64,000 nt of DNA, taken from NCBI GenBank assembly GCA_020184695.1, contig JAANOX010000134.1, positions 124,001-188,000 on the forward strand, read 5' to 3'. Origin of the DNA: Histomonas meleagridis 2922-C6/04-290x. Taxonomy: Eukaryota; Protista; Parabasalia. Position 1 is the stretch's first letter, and every line of letters begins with the position of its first letter. Positions 20,490 through 31,330 of this stretch are shown here, piece after piece. The translations under genes and the position numbers were made by a program. Under the pieces are notes generated by a model that did no database searches, was not told the DNA's origin, and saw only the letters and a list, made by a program, of their open reading frames with translations.

Positions 20490-22226
20490 TTATTGTTTAT
20501 TATTATCATTTTCCTTTTCGACTGAGTCCATTTCCTCGATAATGCTCAAGTTCTCCTGCAGCGCCTTCAGTATCTCCTCCTCCATCTCCGGGAACACTCT
20601 CACCGCCTCCTGGAACACCGGCACGACGACAATTTTGTAGTGCGCCTTCACCACCTGCACGCGGGAGCTTATTTGCCTCCTGTCCATGAGCGGGTCGACC
20701 TGCATTCCGAGCCTCCGCTCCATATCTCCCTGGAGATACTTTTCGTCCCTCAGCATTTGGTACCAATAATTTGTTATGTTCCATTTCCTTATTGCGAATG
20801 ACAAGTCGCCCATCAACATCAGCAACTGCAGTGCGAACAATCGATGGTTCTTATTGTTTACGAAATCGAAACTTTTAATTGACGAAAGTTTAATTAAAAA
20901 CTTCTGTAGTTTCGAATAATCAGTGATCAATATACAGTTTATAATGATTTGCTTTAGCTCAATCAATTTGTTGTAATAACTAAAGCAATCTTGCACAAGT
21001 TGCACACTCACTGACGCAGAATTACTTTCGATCGGATGACGGTCATTGTACGTGAGAGAGATCTGCGAACACGTGTGGATTTGGAATAAGTTGTTCGTTC
21101 CGGGATGCTCAATGTCATGCAGTAATGCTGACAACAAAAGTCCAATAGTTTCGGTGTCGCTGAATTTGATACTTTGGATTTTGGTTAAGATGTAAGTGGT
21201 GAATTGTAAGCAGTCGCAGCTGCGGCGGAAGTTGTTGAACGGATTCGGGTTGTGGCGCTGTAACGCAAGCTTGAGGAAGTGCTCGAGTTCGCCTGGCTTA
21301 ACGCCAATGATGGAAGTGAAGTTAGACGTGGTCAGTAAGTCGTTGGCTAAGTTGATCAGAAGAGATTCTTTGACATTCCATGAGTTGAAGTGAAGTTGCA
21401 ATAAATTGGGCCCGTAATTAAGTGATTGAAGTTGGGATACTTCGGTAAGGGGACGCTCAGGAACTGGTACTGGTGCACCAAAACGTTTCCGAACAGTAGG
21501 AACGGTGATTGGTGTGACTGTAGATCCGGAATTAACACCAAATTGGGTGGCAAAATAACTTTGCATCTTGGCAGGAACTTGTGGACGTGGTAGAAAGGGC
21601 TGGGGTTTGTTTTCTTCAAGGTTTTTGAGTTTGGTGATGGACTGTGAAATTATTTGGGCAGCATCTGGTGGAAGTGATGGATTGTTAAGAAGAGCTTCAA
21701 GGGAGGTGGTGATGTCTTGAATGGGCGTTTGGATGGATTGAGTTAAACTGGTCTTAAATTGTTGGATTTGTTTGGTAAGGGCAGTGGAACTAACAATTTG
21801 ATTTTGAACTTTAGCTGCTGCTGCTTGTTGTTTACGTTTAAGCCAGATATTAGCATAAATGTTCTTAAGAACTTGTGGTGAAAGTGGTTTAATCATATAA
21901 TCATCAGCACCCTTAGCGAGACAGTTAAAAACTATTTCATATTGATCATTAGACGACATCATAATAATGGGAATTTGAGAAAAACGTGGATCTGATCGAG
22001 CAGCTGAAAGAAATGTTGGACCATCCATAACTGGCATCATAACATCACTTAAAATTAAATCGATATTCACTCCTGTATTTAATATATCAAGGGCTTCTTT
22101 GCCATTGCATGCATTTGTTGCCTTATATCCGAGTGAAACTAGAGATTTTGATACAACAGTGAGTTGCATTGCGTCATCATCAATTACCAAAATGTGTACA
22201 TCATCTCTGGTAAATGGTAAAGCCAT
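20490..22226 (-). CDS. Response-regulator receiver domain fused to a class I cyclic-nucleotide phosphodiesterase domain (RegA-like architecture), PDE probably degenerate
   Basis: REC: ILVIDDD, ILSDVMMP, IMMSS and YMIKPL. PDE: LLHDIEHPGTNN, GDLS and QGD. The YHNxxH motif reads FNNFRR. Confidence 0.85.
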   Translation of the reverse strand: MALPFTRDDVHILVIDDDAMQLTVVSKSLVSLGYKATNACNGKEALDILNTGVNIDLILSDVMMPVMDGPTFLSAARSDPRFSQIPIIMMSSNDQYEIVFNCLAKGADDYMIKPLSPQVLKNIYANIWLKRKQQAAAAKVQNQIVSSTALTKQIQQFKTSLTQSIQTPIQDITTSLEALLNNPSLPPDAAQIISQSITKLKNLEENKPQPFLPRPQVPAKMQSYFATQFGVNSGSTVTPITVPTVRKRFGAPVPVPERPLTEVSQLQSLNYGPNLLQLHFNSWNVKESLLINLANDLLTTSNFTSIIGVKPGELEHFLKLALQRHNPNPFNNFRRSCDCLQFTTYILTKIQSIKFSDTETIGLLLSALLHDIEHPGTNNLFQIHTCSQISLTYNDRHPIESNSASVSVQLVQDCFSYYNKLIELKQIIINCILITDYSKLQKFLIKLSSIKSFDFVNNKNHRLFALQLLMLMGDLSFAIRKWNITNYWYQMLRDEKYLQGDMERRLGMQVDPLMDRRQISSRVQVVKAHYKIVVVPVFQEAVRVFPEMEEEILKALQENLSIIEEMDSVEKENDNNKQ

Positions 22227-22661
22227 TTTTTATTTTAGAAAAAATATTCTTTGTCGGTTTCATTTCACATTTCGAATTTATTGAAAAAGCACGTGTTGTA
22301 AACGGTTATCTGTAGAATTTTTTGATTCAAAAAAAACACGCATATTTATTATTATCTATGATTTTGTTAAATTTAACCATATGTTTCGAATTAAGTTTAA
22401 TTTTTCAAGTTGCTTATATGAAAGAGTCATCTTTAAAATCGTGTAAACATTAACTCAAGTATTTTATATATTTTTTGTTGATACAATATAAAATTTGGCA
22501 ACAATTATTTAACAACGAGTTTAATATTCTTACTATAAACTTCAAGTAAAATCAAGCAGTATTGGTATTCTATTTTACTATGGATAGATATTTTTCATGT
22601 TGTTAGATTTGAGATTAGTTCAAAACAAAAAATCATTTTCAACAAAACATTTTATTTTTAC

Positions 22662-23576
22662 TTACAAACATATTTTCTTTTCTATATTTTTATTTTCGCG
22701 TAGACACCCTTCACCATAATCCAATCCCCATCTCAAAGAATTATGGTAACTATCTTTATAATCATCGAATCCTGCCTTTTTAATTAATTCGACGTCTTTA
22801 ATCGATTGATATTCTGTGCATTTGTTTGGCCCGTGATATATGTGATACACCGGCGGATTGAAGTTATATGTTATTGAGTACGGGAACTTACTAAACAAGT
22901 AATACAGAAAGTTATCCCACGTACAGAATCCGACTTCGAAATCTGGAATCGTCGACAAATTAAATCTTTTCTGGTGCTTCGAAAAGATAAATATATCACC
23001 GCCACCTTCGCAGCGATAAAGCGCAAAACTTTTTGAAAGTTGTTCATCGATTGTTGAATAATTAAAGTCGAAAACAGTTTCATTGAATTCGATAATGTTC
23101 ATTCGCGCAATACCAATAAATGTTTCTTCTTTAAATTTATTTAGAAGTTGAAGAGTAACATTAACAAATGTCTCGGAAATAATTATGTCGGAATTAATGA
23201 ACGCAATATAATCCGTTTGTGCAAATTGGTGACCTTTGATAAACCAATCGCGAATTAATGGATTCCCATGTGGACCTGTTTGAAGTGGCTCATCACATAT
23301 TTTGATTTTCGGTGAATAAGAATGTTTCATTGTATCATTAAGTTCGTGTGTAAATAGAACAACTTGAACTTCGGGATTATGAATCCATGAATTAACAGCA
23401 AACTTGTGAATTTTATAATGAAGAGAACTAAACCTGGGCGACGGAACTGTAATAAATGTGATGGTAGGATATGTAAATGAAATTAATTTTTGATTTGATT
23501 TTAAAAAAAAAATTAAATCATTTAATAAACAAATAAAAAGACAAAAAATAGGAATGCTGGTGAGAAGGAAGAGCAT
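22662..23576 (-). CDS. Type II membrane glycosyltransferase-like protein (GT-A fold, NSD motif)
   Basis: N-terminal signal anchor MLFLLTSIPIFCLFICLL, then AVNSW, G-N-P-L-I-R-D-W-F, YIAFINSDII, DIFIF, WDN and YHIYH. Start moved to ATG 23576. Confidence 0.55.
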   Translation of the reverse strand: MLFLLTSIPIFCLFICLLNDLIFFLKSNQKLISFTYPTITFITVPSPRFSSLHYKIHKFAVNSWIHNPEVQVVLFTHELNDTMKHSYSPKIKICDEPLQTGPHGNPLIRDWFIKGHQFAQTDYIAFINSDIIISETFVNVTLQLLNKFKEETFIGIARMNIIEFNETVFDFNYSTIDEQLSKSFALYRCEGGGDIFIFSKHQKRFNLSTIPDFEVGFCTWDNFLYYLFSKFPYSITYNFNPPVYHIYHGPNKCTEYQSIKDVELIKKAGFDDYKDSYHNSLRWGLDYGEGCLRENKNIEKKICL

Positions 23577-24501
23577 AATCTGACGTTTCAGTTTATTTTT
23601 ATTTTCTGTTCTGATTTTAATTTCCTGCATATGAACGTTTAAGTGTACGTTTAAAAGCGGTTTGTGGATAAATTTGATCGCGTCGACGGTTTTGATTGTC
23701 ATATAGAATTCATCGATTTTTGATAGAAAAAAAAATTGACATAATTGCAAAATTTTTCCTCTGGCTTATTTATTGGGTTTATATAGCAACTCATAAGCAA
23801 AACGAATTTTTGTGATTTTTTTAAATGGATTTGTTGTTGCTCCAATAATTTTTTTGTTGCATTTCAGTAAAAATTTTGATGTATATCTCGTCTCTTCTAT
23901 TTAGGATTCTAAAAATCATTCATAACAAGTGGTGTTCTTGTAGTGTTGCTTTTATATTTGAAAAAAAAATTATTGATATATCTACATGAATAATTTATTG
24001 GAACCGCAAAAAATATATCGAACAATATTAATAGAGGGTAGGAAATAGTGTTTGGAGTAAGTGGTTTCATAGAACATACGCTTAATGTTTTGACAAGACT
24101 TTCCATAAACACAACGATAAAAAAAATTGATAAAAAATAGTTATATCGTATTTGACAACGCAAATAATATTCAAAATATTATAAATTTATTCTGAGAATG
24201 AAACCAAATAAGTGGATTAAATCCAACAATTTTTCGAATATAACACCAAAATATCTCCTAATTATTATGTATTTATTTTAAATTAAAAAATCAAACATTT
24301 TTATTTTAGAAATGAGAAAATGCATGATATGACAAAATATTTTTTTCTCAATTTTTTCGTCTTCATTGTTTTAATTCACATCAGACGATCGAATTTCATT
24401 CATTTAGCATGAACGATGATGTATAGGGTGTCTGTGTATTGTATACTTTATTTACCGTTTTTACGTTTTGATAAAGTATACAATTTTATTATCACCCCTT
24501 A

Positions 24502-24510
24502 GGGGTGCCC
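24502..24510. promoter_or_regulatory. Recurrent intergenic GGGCACCC/GGGTGCCC motif (copy 1)
   Basis: GGGGTGCCC about 167 nt upstream of the DAG kinase ATG. See findings. Confidence 0.45.
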
Positions 24511-24663
24511 TTCTATCGTAATGTTCATCGCACAATCAGCCAAACAGCAAGTGACCAGAAATTCAATTAAAAAGTTCAATTTAAAGGCCGTTTTTTGAAT
24601 AGCCGACAAGTATTAAGGGAGTGTGTTCGAATTTTGGTTTTTGAAAGCTGATTTTGAAAATCT

Positions 24664-24669
24664 TCACTT
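24664..24669 (+). promoter_or_regulatory. Initiator (Inr) TCACTT
   Basis: 8 nt upstream of ATG 24677. Confidence 0.7.
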
Positions 24670-24676
24670 CTCCCGC

Positions 24677-25696
24677 ATGAACCCAGAAAGCACGCCTCTT
24701 CTTTCTAAGCCTATATTACTATTTGTAAACCCTGCAAGTGGTGGAGGCCTTGGTTTAAGATTAATGGAACTCTTAGCTAATGTAAATAATGTTTATATTG
24801 TTCAACTTCCTTCAGAACAAAATACATGGCCAGAAAAATATTCTAACGTAGTTGGCAATCCTGAATTACGAGCTGCTGTTGCTGGTGGTGATGGATCAGT
24901 AAATTGGGTTGTAACATTATTATCAAATTATTATACGGGTTCATTTCGCCCACCATTAGCAGTTATTCCATTTGGTACTGGAAATGATATGAGCCGTTCT
25001 CTTGGATGGGGAAAAGGAATGTCCAATTCTCATTTATTACAAATAGGTCGTCTTATAGAAAACATAGAAAGTTCCACGCATATAGAAGATGTTGATGTGT
25101 GGTCTGTCACTATCCATGACAAGATCAAAAACGAGACCAAAACCAGTCAAATGATAAATTATTTATCATTTGGCACAGATGCAGCTATAGCTGTTGACTA
25201 TGAAGGGATCAGACGTTCATGCCAGCCCTTCCTTTGTTGCCAGTGCATGTCACAGTCGCTTTTTGTCCCAGCAGGAATATTGAATATGTGTGGAAAACGT
25301 GACTTAAACGAGTACATGTCAGTTGATTTGGTTGGCCTTGATGGCTGGAATGAAGATGTTCCACAGAGGATGAAAAATTCCAACGGCGACAAAACTCTAA
25401 TTTTTATGTCATCGAAGACGATATATGGAGGAAAGAGCATATGGAAGGGACAGTCACCACAGATGATGAACGACGGGAAATTCGAGGTTATATCCAACGG
25501 CGGGCTCATCAAAGTTTCACTTGTCAATATCAATGTAAACTTATCGCATTCGTACGGACAGGCGTCTGCTGCAAGAATTGAGACGTTTGAGCCGTGCTTT
25601 TATCAGATCGACGGTGAGGGATCATCGATGAACAATCCGGCGATATTTGATTTGGTACACATGGGCACATATCCACTTCTTTTTAATATGAAATAA
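24677..25696 (+). CDS. Diacylglycerol kinase (catalytic plus accessory domains only)
   Basis: FVNPASGGG, AVAGGDGSV, PFGTGNDMSR, NYLSFGTDA, NDGKFEV and QIDGE. Start at ATG 24677 after the Inr. Confidence 0.93.
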   Translation: MNPESTPLLSKPILLFVNPASGGGLGLRLMELLANVNNVYIVQLPSEQNTWPEKYSNVVGNPELRAAVAGGDGSVNWVVTLLSNYYTGSFRPPLAVIPFGTGNDMSRSLGWGKGMSNSHLLQIGRLIENIESSTHIEDVDVWSVTIHDKIKNETKTSQMINYLSFGTDAAIAVDYEGIRRSCQPFLCCQCMSQSLFVPAGILNMCGKRDLNEYMSVDLVGLDGWNEDVPQRMKNSNGDKTLIFMSSKTIYGGKSIWKGQSPQMMNDGKFEVISNGGLIKVSLVNINVNLSHSYGQASAARIETFEPCFYQIDGEGSSMNNPAIFDLVHMGTYPLLFNMK

Positions 25697-26590
25697 ACAG
25701 AAACTATGTAACTGATTAACTGTTTGCAAACTGAGTAAATTATTTTTGGTATTATGATAATTGTTGTGAAATCATCAATTAGAATATGAATAATTGTTCG
25801 CGTGTTCGTGGATTAGTATGTTCTTTTTCATTTAAGACAAATGAAAGTGTGTGAACAAATGAATTATTTAATGTTCTAGTCATGAATATAAAAATATATT
25901 TTGGAAATCTTGTTATCAAATCTTAGATATCTAAGATTTTCTATAGAAATGATAAACTTCAGTCCAATGAAATCATCTCTCTTCTAAATGAATTTTTTTT
26001 TATTTTCTTTCTTGGTAAGCATTAATTAATGATTTGTGTATCATTTTTTCATTTTTTATTAAGATAAATTTCCAAATTTTATTTACTGTTTCTATATATT
26101 ATTAAAATTTAAAAAAAAGTTTGCACTAACTATATTAGAAGAATTAAAATTTTATAAGTAAATCATAACAACCAGCTCACCTCATGTTTTTTTTAATTAC
26201 AAAGTTTTCTTTTTTCCTTTCTTTTTCATTTATCTTTTCTTCTCCCTTCTCCATTTTTAATTTTTCCCTCTTTTTTTAGTAATTGTTTCTTTCTAATTTT
26301 TTATTTTAGAATAATAAAGGAAACAAAATGTTGTAATATTAAATACTTTTTATATTAGGGTATTACTTTACTATAAATATCAGTATTTATAAAAAAAAAA
26401 TAAATTTTATAATACGAATATATACTCTATATTTTATATGAATATCTGATAACAAAATACATTTATGAATATATAATTCGTTTTGAAATGTGATTTTCTT
26501 CAATGGCTCTATTTAAAACATAAATTGATATATTAATTTTGTTTTTATTCAACAATTATTAGACTTGGTACAATTGTCACTTTTCTTGTA

Positions 26591-27790
26591 TTAGAATAAA
26601 ATTAAAAATAATAATGAAAAAATACTTACGCCAAAAGCAAGCTGGACAGTTTTTGAAGCAGCTTTTGATGGAAAAGAATTTGATGTAATATTTGAATCTG
26701 TGAATGAAATAGAATATATGATAGAATTTGTATATGTTGATGGTGAAGATGTATTTGCATTTGTAATTGTGTTCGAATGTGTAAATGTGATCGATTCAGG
26801 AATTGTGCGTGTTGGCCATGGACCACATTTTTCGATTGTGGATCCAATTGATACATTGAATTTACCGAATTTTGTTGAATTATAAGAATCTAATGTCATT
26901 ACATATTTGAGAGGAGTTTCATCAAATGCTTCTTCATCAATTTTAGGTTCTGAGTGACCTTTATAATAAACACAAGTTAGAGATTGACATTCAAAGAATG
27001 CACGATGTCCAATTGAAACCAGATTTTCACCTATAATAACAACTGATAGATTAAAACAATGTGCAAAAACTACTCCATTGAGAATAGTTATTGAATTTGG
27101 AATTTCGATCTTTTTAAGAGATTTGCAAAAGCCGAATGCACCAGCCTCAATTGTAGTTATGTTATTTCCAAAGGTGACATCTGATAAATTAAAACAACGA
27201 AAAAATGCATAACTTCCAATTGTAGTGAGTGAATTTGGTAATTTAATTTGCACAAGTGAACAACCTGAAAATGCTTCCGCGCCAATACTGGTCAGTTTTT
27301 CGTTAAAAATTACTTCCGATAAGTTGTGGCATACATAAAACGAATAACTTCCAATAATTGTCAGTGATTGAGGGAATTTAATTCTTCTAAGTGATGAACA
27401 ATGCATAAATGAAAAATTATAAATTTTAATCAATTTTTCATTGAAAATAACTTTTGATAATTTAATGCAGTTATAAAATGCGTTTTCACCAACTGTAGTA
27501 ACATTTGGGCCAAAGGTAACATATGACAAATTTGTGCAACTAAAAAATGTATCATTACCAATATGAGATAATGAATTTCCAATTCGAACAGTTGCTAGAT
27601 TACCCCACCCACTAAATGCATCGGGTGGAGTTGAAGTAATATTATCACCGATAATCAAAGTTAATGTTTCTTTTTTGTAGGTAGATGCATTATTAAAATC
27701 TTCCATGGTTTCTATTGTAAGTGTTTTTGTTTGATTATCAAATTTTCCAAATGTGGGTACTATTAGATAGTAAAATATCAGAGCAATCAT
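26591..27790 (-). CDS. BspA-like (TpLRR / LRR_5) surface protein with S/T-rich stalk and C-terminal hydrophobic helix
   Basis: 23-aa repeats such as LTTIGSYAFFRCFNLSDVTFGNN, and a signal-like N-terminus MIALIFYYLIVPTFG. Start moved to ATG 27790. Confidence 0.9.
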   Translation of the reverse strand: MIALIFYYLIVPTFGKFDNQTKTLTIETMEDFNNASTYKKETLTLIIGDNITSTPPDAFSGWGNLATVRIGNSLSHIGNDTFFSCTNLSYVTFGPNVTTVGENAFYNCIKLSKVIFNEKLIKIYNFSFMHCSSLRRIKFPQSLTIIGSYSFYVCHNLSEVIFNEKLTSIGAEAFSGCSLVQIKLPNSLTTIGSYAFFRCFNLSDVTFGNNITTIEAGAFGFCKSLKKIEIPNSITILNGVVFAHCFNLSVVIIGENLVSIGHRAFFECQSLTCVYYKGHSEPKIDEEAFDETPLKYVMTLDSYNSTKFGKFNVSIGSTIEKCGPWPTRTIPESITFTHSNTITNANTSSPSTYTNSIIYSISFTDSNITSNSFPSKAASKTVQLAFGVSIFSLLFLILF

Positions 27791-28319
27791 TCTTAATACT
27801 ACGAAAATAAAATAATTGTGAAAATGATGTGAGTCCAAAAAATAGGACACAAAAGTATTATTCTAAGACAAATACTTTATTTCAAAAATTTCACTTCAAA
27901 AAAGAAATTACTACTGATAAATATCTTCAAAATGAAAATAAATATTAAGATAAATATGGAAGTTTTCTTTGATTTTAATGATGTACATTATGATTATGTA
28001 TTATCGATTAAGAAATAATACTGTTAATACTGTTAAACCGTAGTTCAAAATCAAATAAAAGGAAAATAAACTATAAAGATTTTATTATTTTTATGAATAA
28101 AATATTTTATAATATTATGACTTTGTTTCTTGTGACAAGTAAAAATAGCTTATTTTTTTTTGGCAAATATGTTTTTTTACGAATGTATTCATTTTTTAAA
28201 AAAATCAATGTATTGAAATTCAGATCAATTTCTCAACACATTATTTTAAAGTTAAATTTCTTTTTAAAAGAAAAGAATTGATTTTATGTATTAAGTATTT
28301 GGAAAAATAAAAATTAAAA

Positions 28320-29800
28320 AGATGGCAAAGGGATATTTTTATAATTTGAACTCATTAACGAAAAAATTGATGTTATATGATATGATAAAAAATTTGTGTC
28401 ACGAATAAAATAGACATCAAACATCGGATTGGAAATTCAAATTTTTAAAAATAATTATGTCATTCCTTTTGATGTACTTATTCCTCAAGCAAAAAGTATC
28501 ATTTGATACAGCAAATGGTCATATTACAATTCAAAGAAATATGAACACAAATCCAATTACTAATGGATGGTATTATATATGGCTTAATGAAAATTATAAT
28601 TCTGAATTTTAGTTTCGATATCAATTGGAAAGATCAAATATGGTTTATAAGAATGTATATAAACAATATCTAAAAAAATCTGATTGTGAATCTATCTTTT
28701 ATAAAAGATATGGCAACATTACGTCCAATCTTACCAAAGGATAAGATATCACCGATTTTATCAAACAATATTATCGTTCAAACTTCTGAAAATGCCGAAC
28801 TTAGAAACACATCAGCATTTATTATTTATAAAATGAAAAATAATTTATATCATGTGGAAACTAAATCACCTAATGAAACAGCCGAAATTCTTTCAAGGAG
28901 CCCAGAAGTATGTAATATTTCTGATGCTAAAACTAGTTATACTAAAAAAACTTATGAAGAATGGGGTGTAGTTATGAATGGTGCAATTTATCATTCCATT
29001 CGGGATTCGGACGCAATTAATCTTATATATGGTATCAATAATTTAGAGAAACATAATCTTAACGGCATGAAGCAAGTCATTTCAATTATTGGAAATCCTA
29101 TTGATTGGACTCATCCATTTCTCTCTAATAATGATAACCCAATTCCATTCGATACCATTACTTCAAAACATAGTAAATTTGTATTTTATCATCCCAAATA
29201 TTGTTATGATGGTGAATTTACAAACGAATCTAAATTTCAAAAGGCAATGAAAAAAGAAAGAGGTACTTATATTGCAAATATGCTCACAGGTAAATATAAA
29301 AATCCTTCAAATGATGATTTCAAGAATATTATTCCAGATGCTAAAATTGCATATATGGGTGGATTATCAATGTGTAATATGCTTTTATTTGATATTGAAA
29401 AAATAATAAATAAAATTAAAGAAATAGGATCATATGTCCTTGTAAGTAATTGGGTATCATTTGTAAATAATATATTAATTAATAATGTATATAACAAATT
29501 AGCAGCTAAAAATTCTGATATTCTTCACATATATAGTTATATTGGATTACCTTTTATTGGATCGCCTGCAACTTGTTTGTTTATGATTCTGATAAAAATT
29601 GTTACATAAATAAAGATTCAAATTAATCATATATCTTTGGAAATATTATGAAGATATCTTCAAAGAAATCGAAATTAATGATAACATGAAAATTGTAATT
29701 TTATTTCTATTTCAAGAAATGCTCACAATTCTTTATGTGCTTTGCTTGCATCGACACCATTACGTATCCCTAATGTGGATAATCAAATTATTTCACATAA
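28320..29800 (+). pseudogene. Decayed subtilisin-like (S8) peptidase
   Basis: ORF 28686-29609 has S8-like remnants GMKQVISIIGNPIDWTHPFL (cf. G..V.V.DTGID..HP), RGTYIANMLTG (cf. HGT.VAG), NIIPDAKIAY and GSPAT. It has no ATG start, stops upstream, and the frame is lost after GSPAT. Boundaries are approximate. Confidence 0.55.
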
Positions 29801-29829
29801 AAAATGAAATATTTTACTCAACAATTTCG

Positions 29830-31330
29830 TCATATCCAATTGTCTTCGTCTTCTTTCGCGAGCTCTTCCACTATACTGTCGACATCGTCGTACTGCTTTG
29901 TCGTTGACGTCGTTGTCTCCTTAAACTGCAGCTTCACGCTCGACTTTTCCTTTCTGTTATTACTTTTCACCAAAACGTAACAGCTGCGACGACAATCAAA
30001 ACGAATGCGACGGCGCCGCAGATTATTCCGATCAGCGCCGCAGTTGTCATTCCGCCCGATGCATCACTTGGACTCAGATACACATACGTGAAGAAGTTCG
30101 AGTAATAGCTATAATATGTCGAATATACAATGACTGTGTAACTGTAGTATATGAAATTTGTTTCAACATAAGTTATCATCGAATTACTCAAATAATACGA
30201 AAGCGTTTGCGTGCCAAGCGCAGAATACGTCAGCGAATATGAAACAGACAAAGTAACTGTCAATGTAAACGAAAACGTCTGCGAAATATCGCCGCGAAGT
30301 GAAGCAGCGAACGTGTTCGAACTAGAGAATGTGTTCGACTGCGCGAATGGAAGCGTCGGCATCGGCGCGCAGCCTGCAACTGTTGTATCAATGCAAACAG
30401 CTAAAGTTCCAAAACATTTATCTTTATATTCACTCAATACCATTACTTGTGTAGCCGTAACATTAATGAAAGCACCATTTTCAACGTTTGGTTCTTGCGT
30501 TCCATAAAAATAAATGCAATTTAGCATTACACAACACTCAAATGCATAACCCCCAATCTCTTTTACATTTTCACCGATGATAACATTATATAAATTGAAG
30601 CAATTGTAAAAAGCAGAAGCTCCAATTGATGTAACTGACGAAGGAATTGTAACATTTGCCAATTTAATACAGTTTGAAAATGCAGAATCCCTAATCTCTT
30701 TTACATTTTCACCGATGATAACATTATATAAATTGAAGCATTTGTAAAAAGCAGAAGCTCCAATTGATGTAACTGACGAAGGAATTGTAACATTTGCCAA
30801 TTTAATGCAATTTGCAAATGCAGAATTTCCAATCTCTTTTACATTTTCACCGATGATAACATTATATAAATTGGTGCAATTGTAAAAAGCAGAATTTCCT
30901 ATTGATGTAACTGCCGAAGGAATTGTAACATTTGCTAATTTAATGCAATTTGCAAATGCAGAATTTCCTATTGATGTAACTGACGAAGGAATTGTAACAT
31001 TTGCTAATTTAATGCAATTTGCAAATGCATAATTTCCAATTTCTTTTACGTTTTCGCCAATTAAAACAGTTTCCAAATTACTGCAATCACTAAAAGCAGA
31101 AATTCCAATTGATGTAACGAAATTTCCGATGTAAACATACTGCAGTTTTGGCCATTTACTGAATTGTGAATTTGGAATTCTAAAACTTCCATCAATTATA
31201 ACACTAACAATTGTATCATTATTGTCACCAGTAAAATTACTTTCAGAATATATCAAAAGTGTTTCGTTTTCTGGAATATATTTCTGAATTGCAAAAGCGA
31301 AAAATGAAATAAAAAGAAATGGAACACATT
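29830..31330 (-). CDS. BspA-like LRR surface protein with TM helix; the cytoplasmic tail is separated by a 1-nt frameshift
   Basis: LRR_5 repeats, S/T/Y-rich stalk and TM ALIGIICGAVAFVLIVVAAVTF. The tail VKSNNRKEK...YDDV...EDEDNWI* is in another frame (29970-29830). The true start is uncertain; a signal-like stretch lies near 31330. Confidence 0.8.
30560..31100 (-). repeat. Near-identical 138-bp tandem units (paired 23-aa LRRs) in the BspA gene
   Basis: IGENVKEIG.SAF.NCIKLANVTIPSSVTSIG.SAFY.C.NLYNVI recurs 3-4 times at nucleotide level. Confidence 0.9.

Noticed and set aside
20506-20784. 92-aa GC-rich alternative-frame ORF inside the PDE gene
   Set aside because: A by-product of the high GC at the PDE 3' end; no independent motif.
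23909-24163. 84-aa ORF in AT-rich intergenic DNA
   Set aside because: TTG start, F/I/L-rich composition expected from AT-rich noncoding sequence, no motif.
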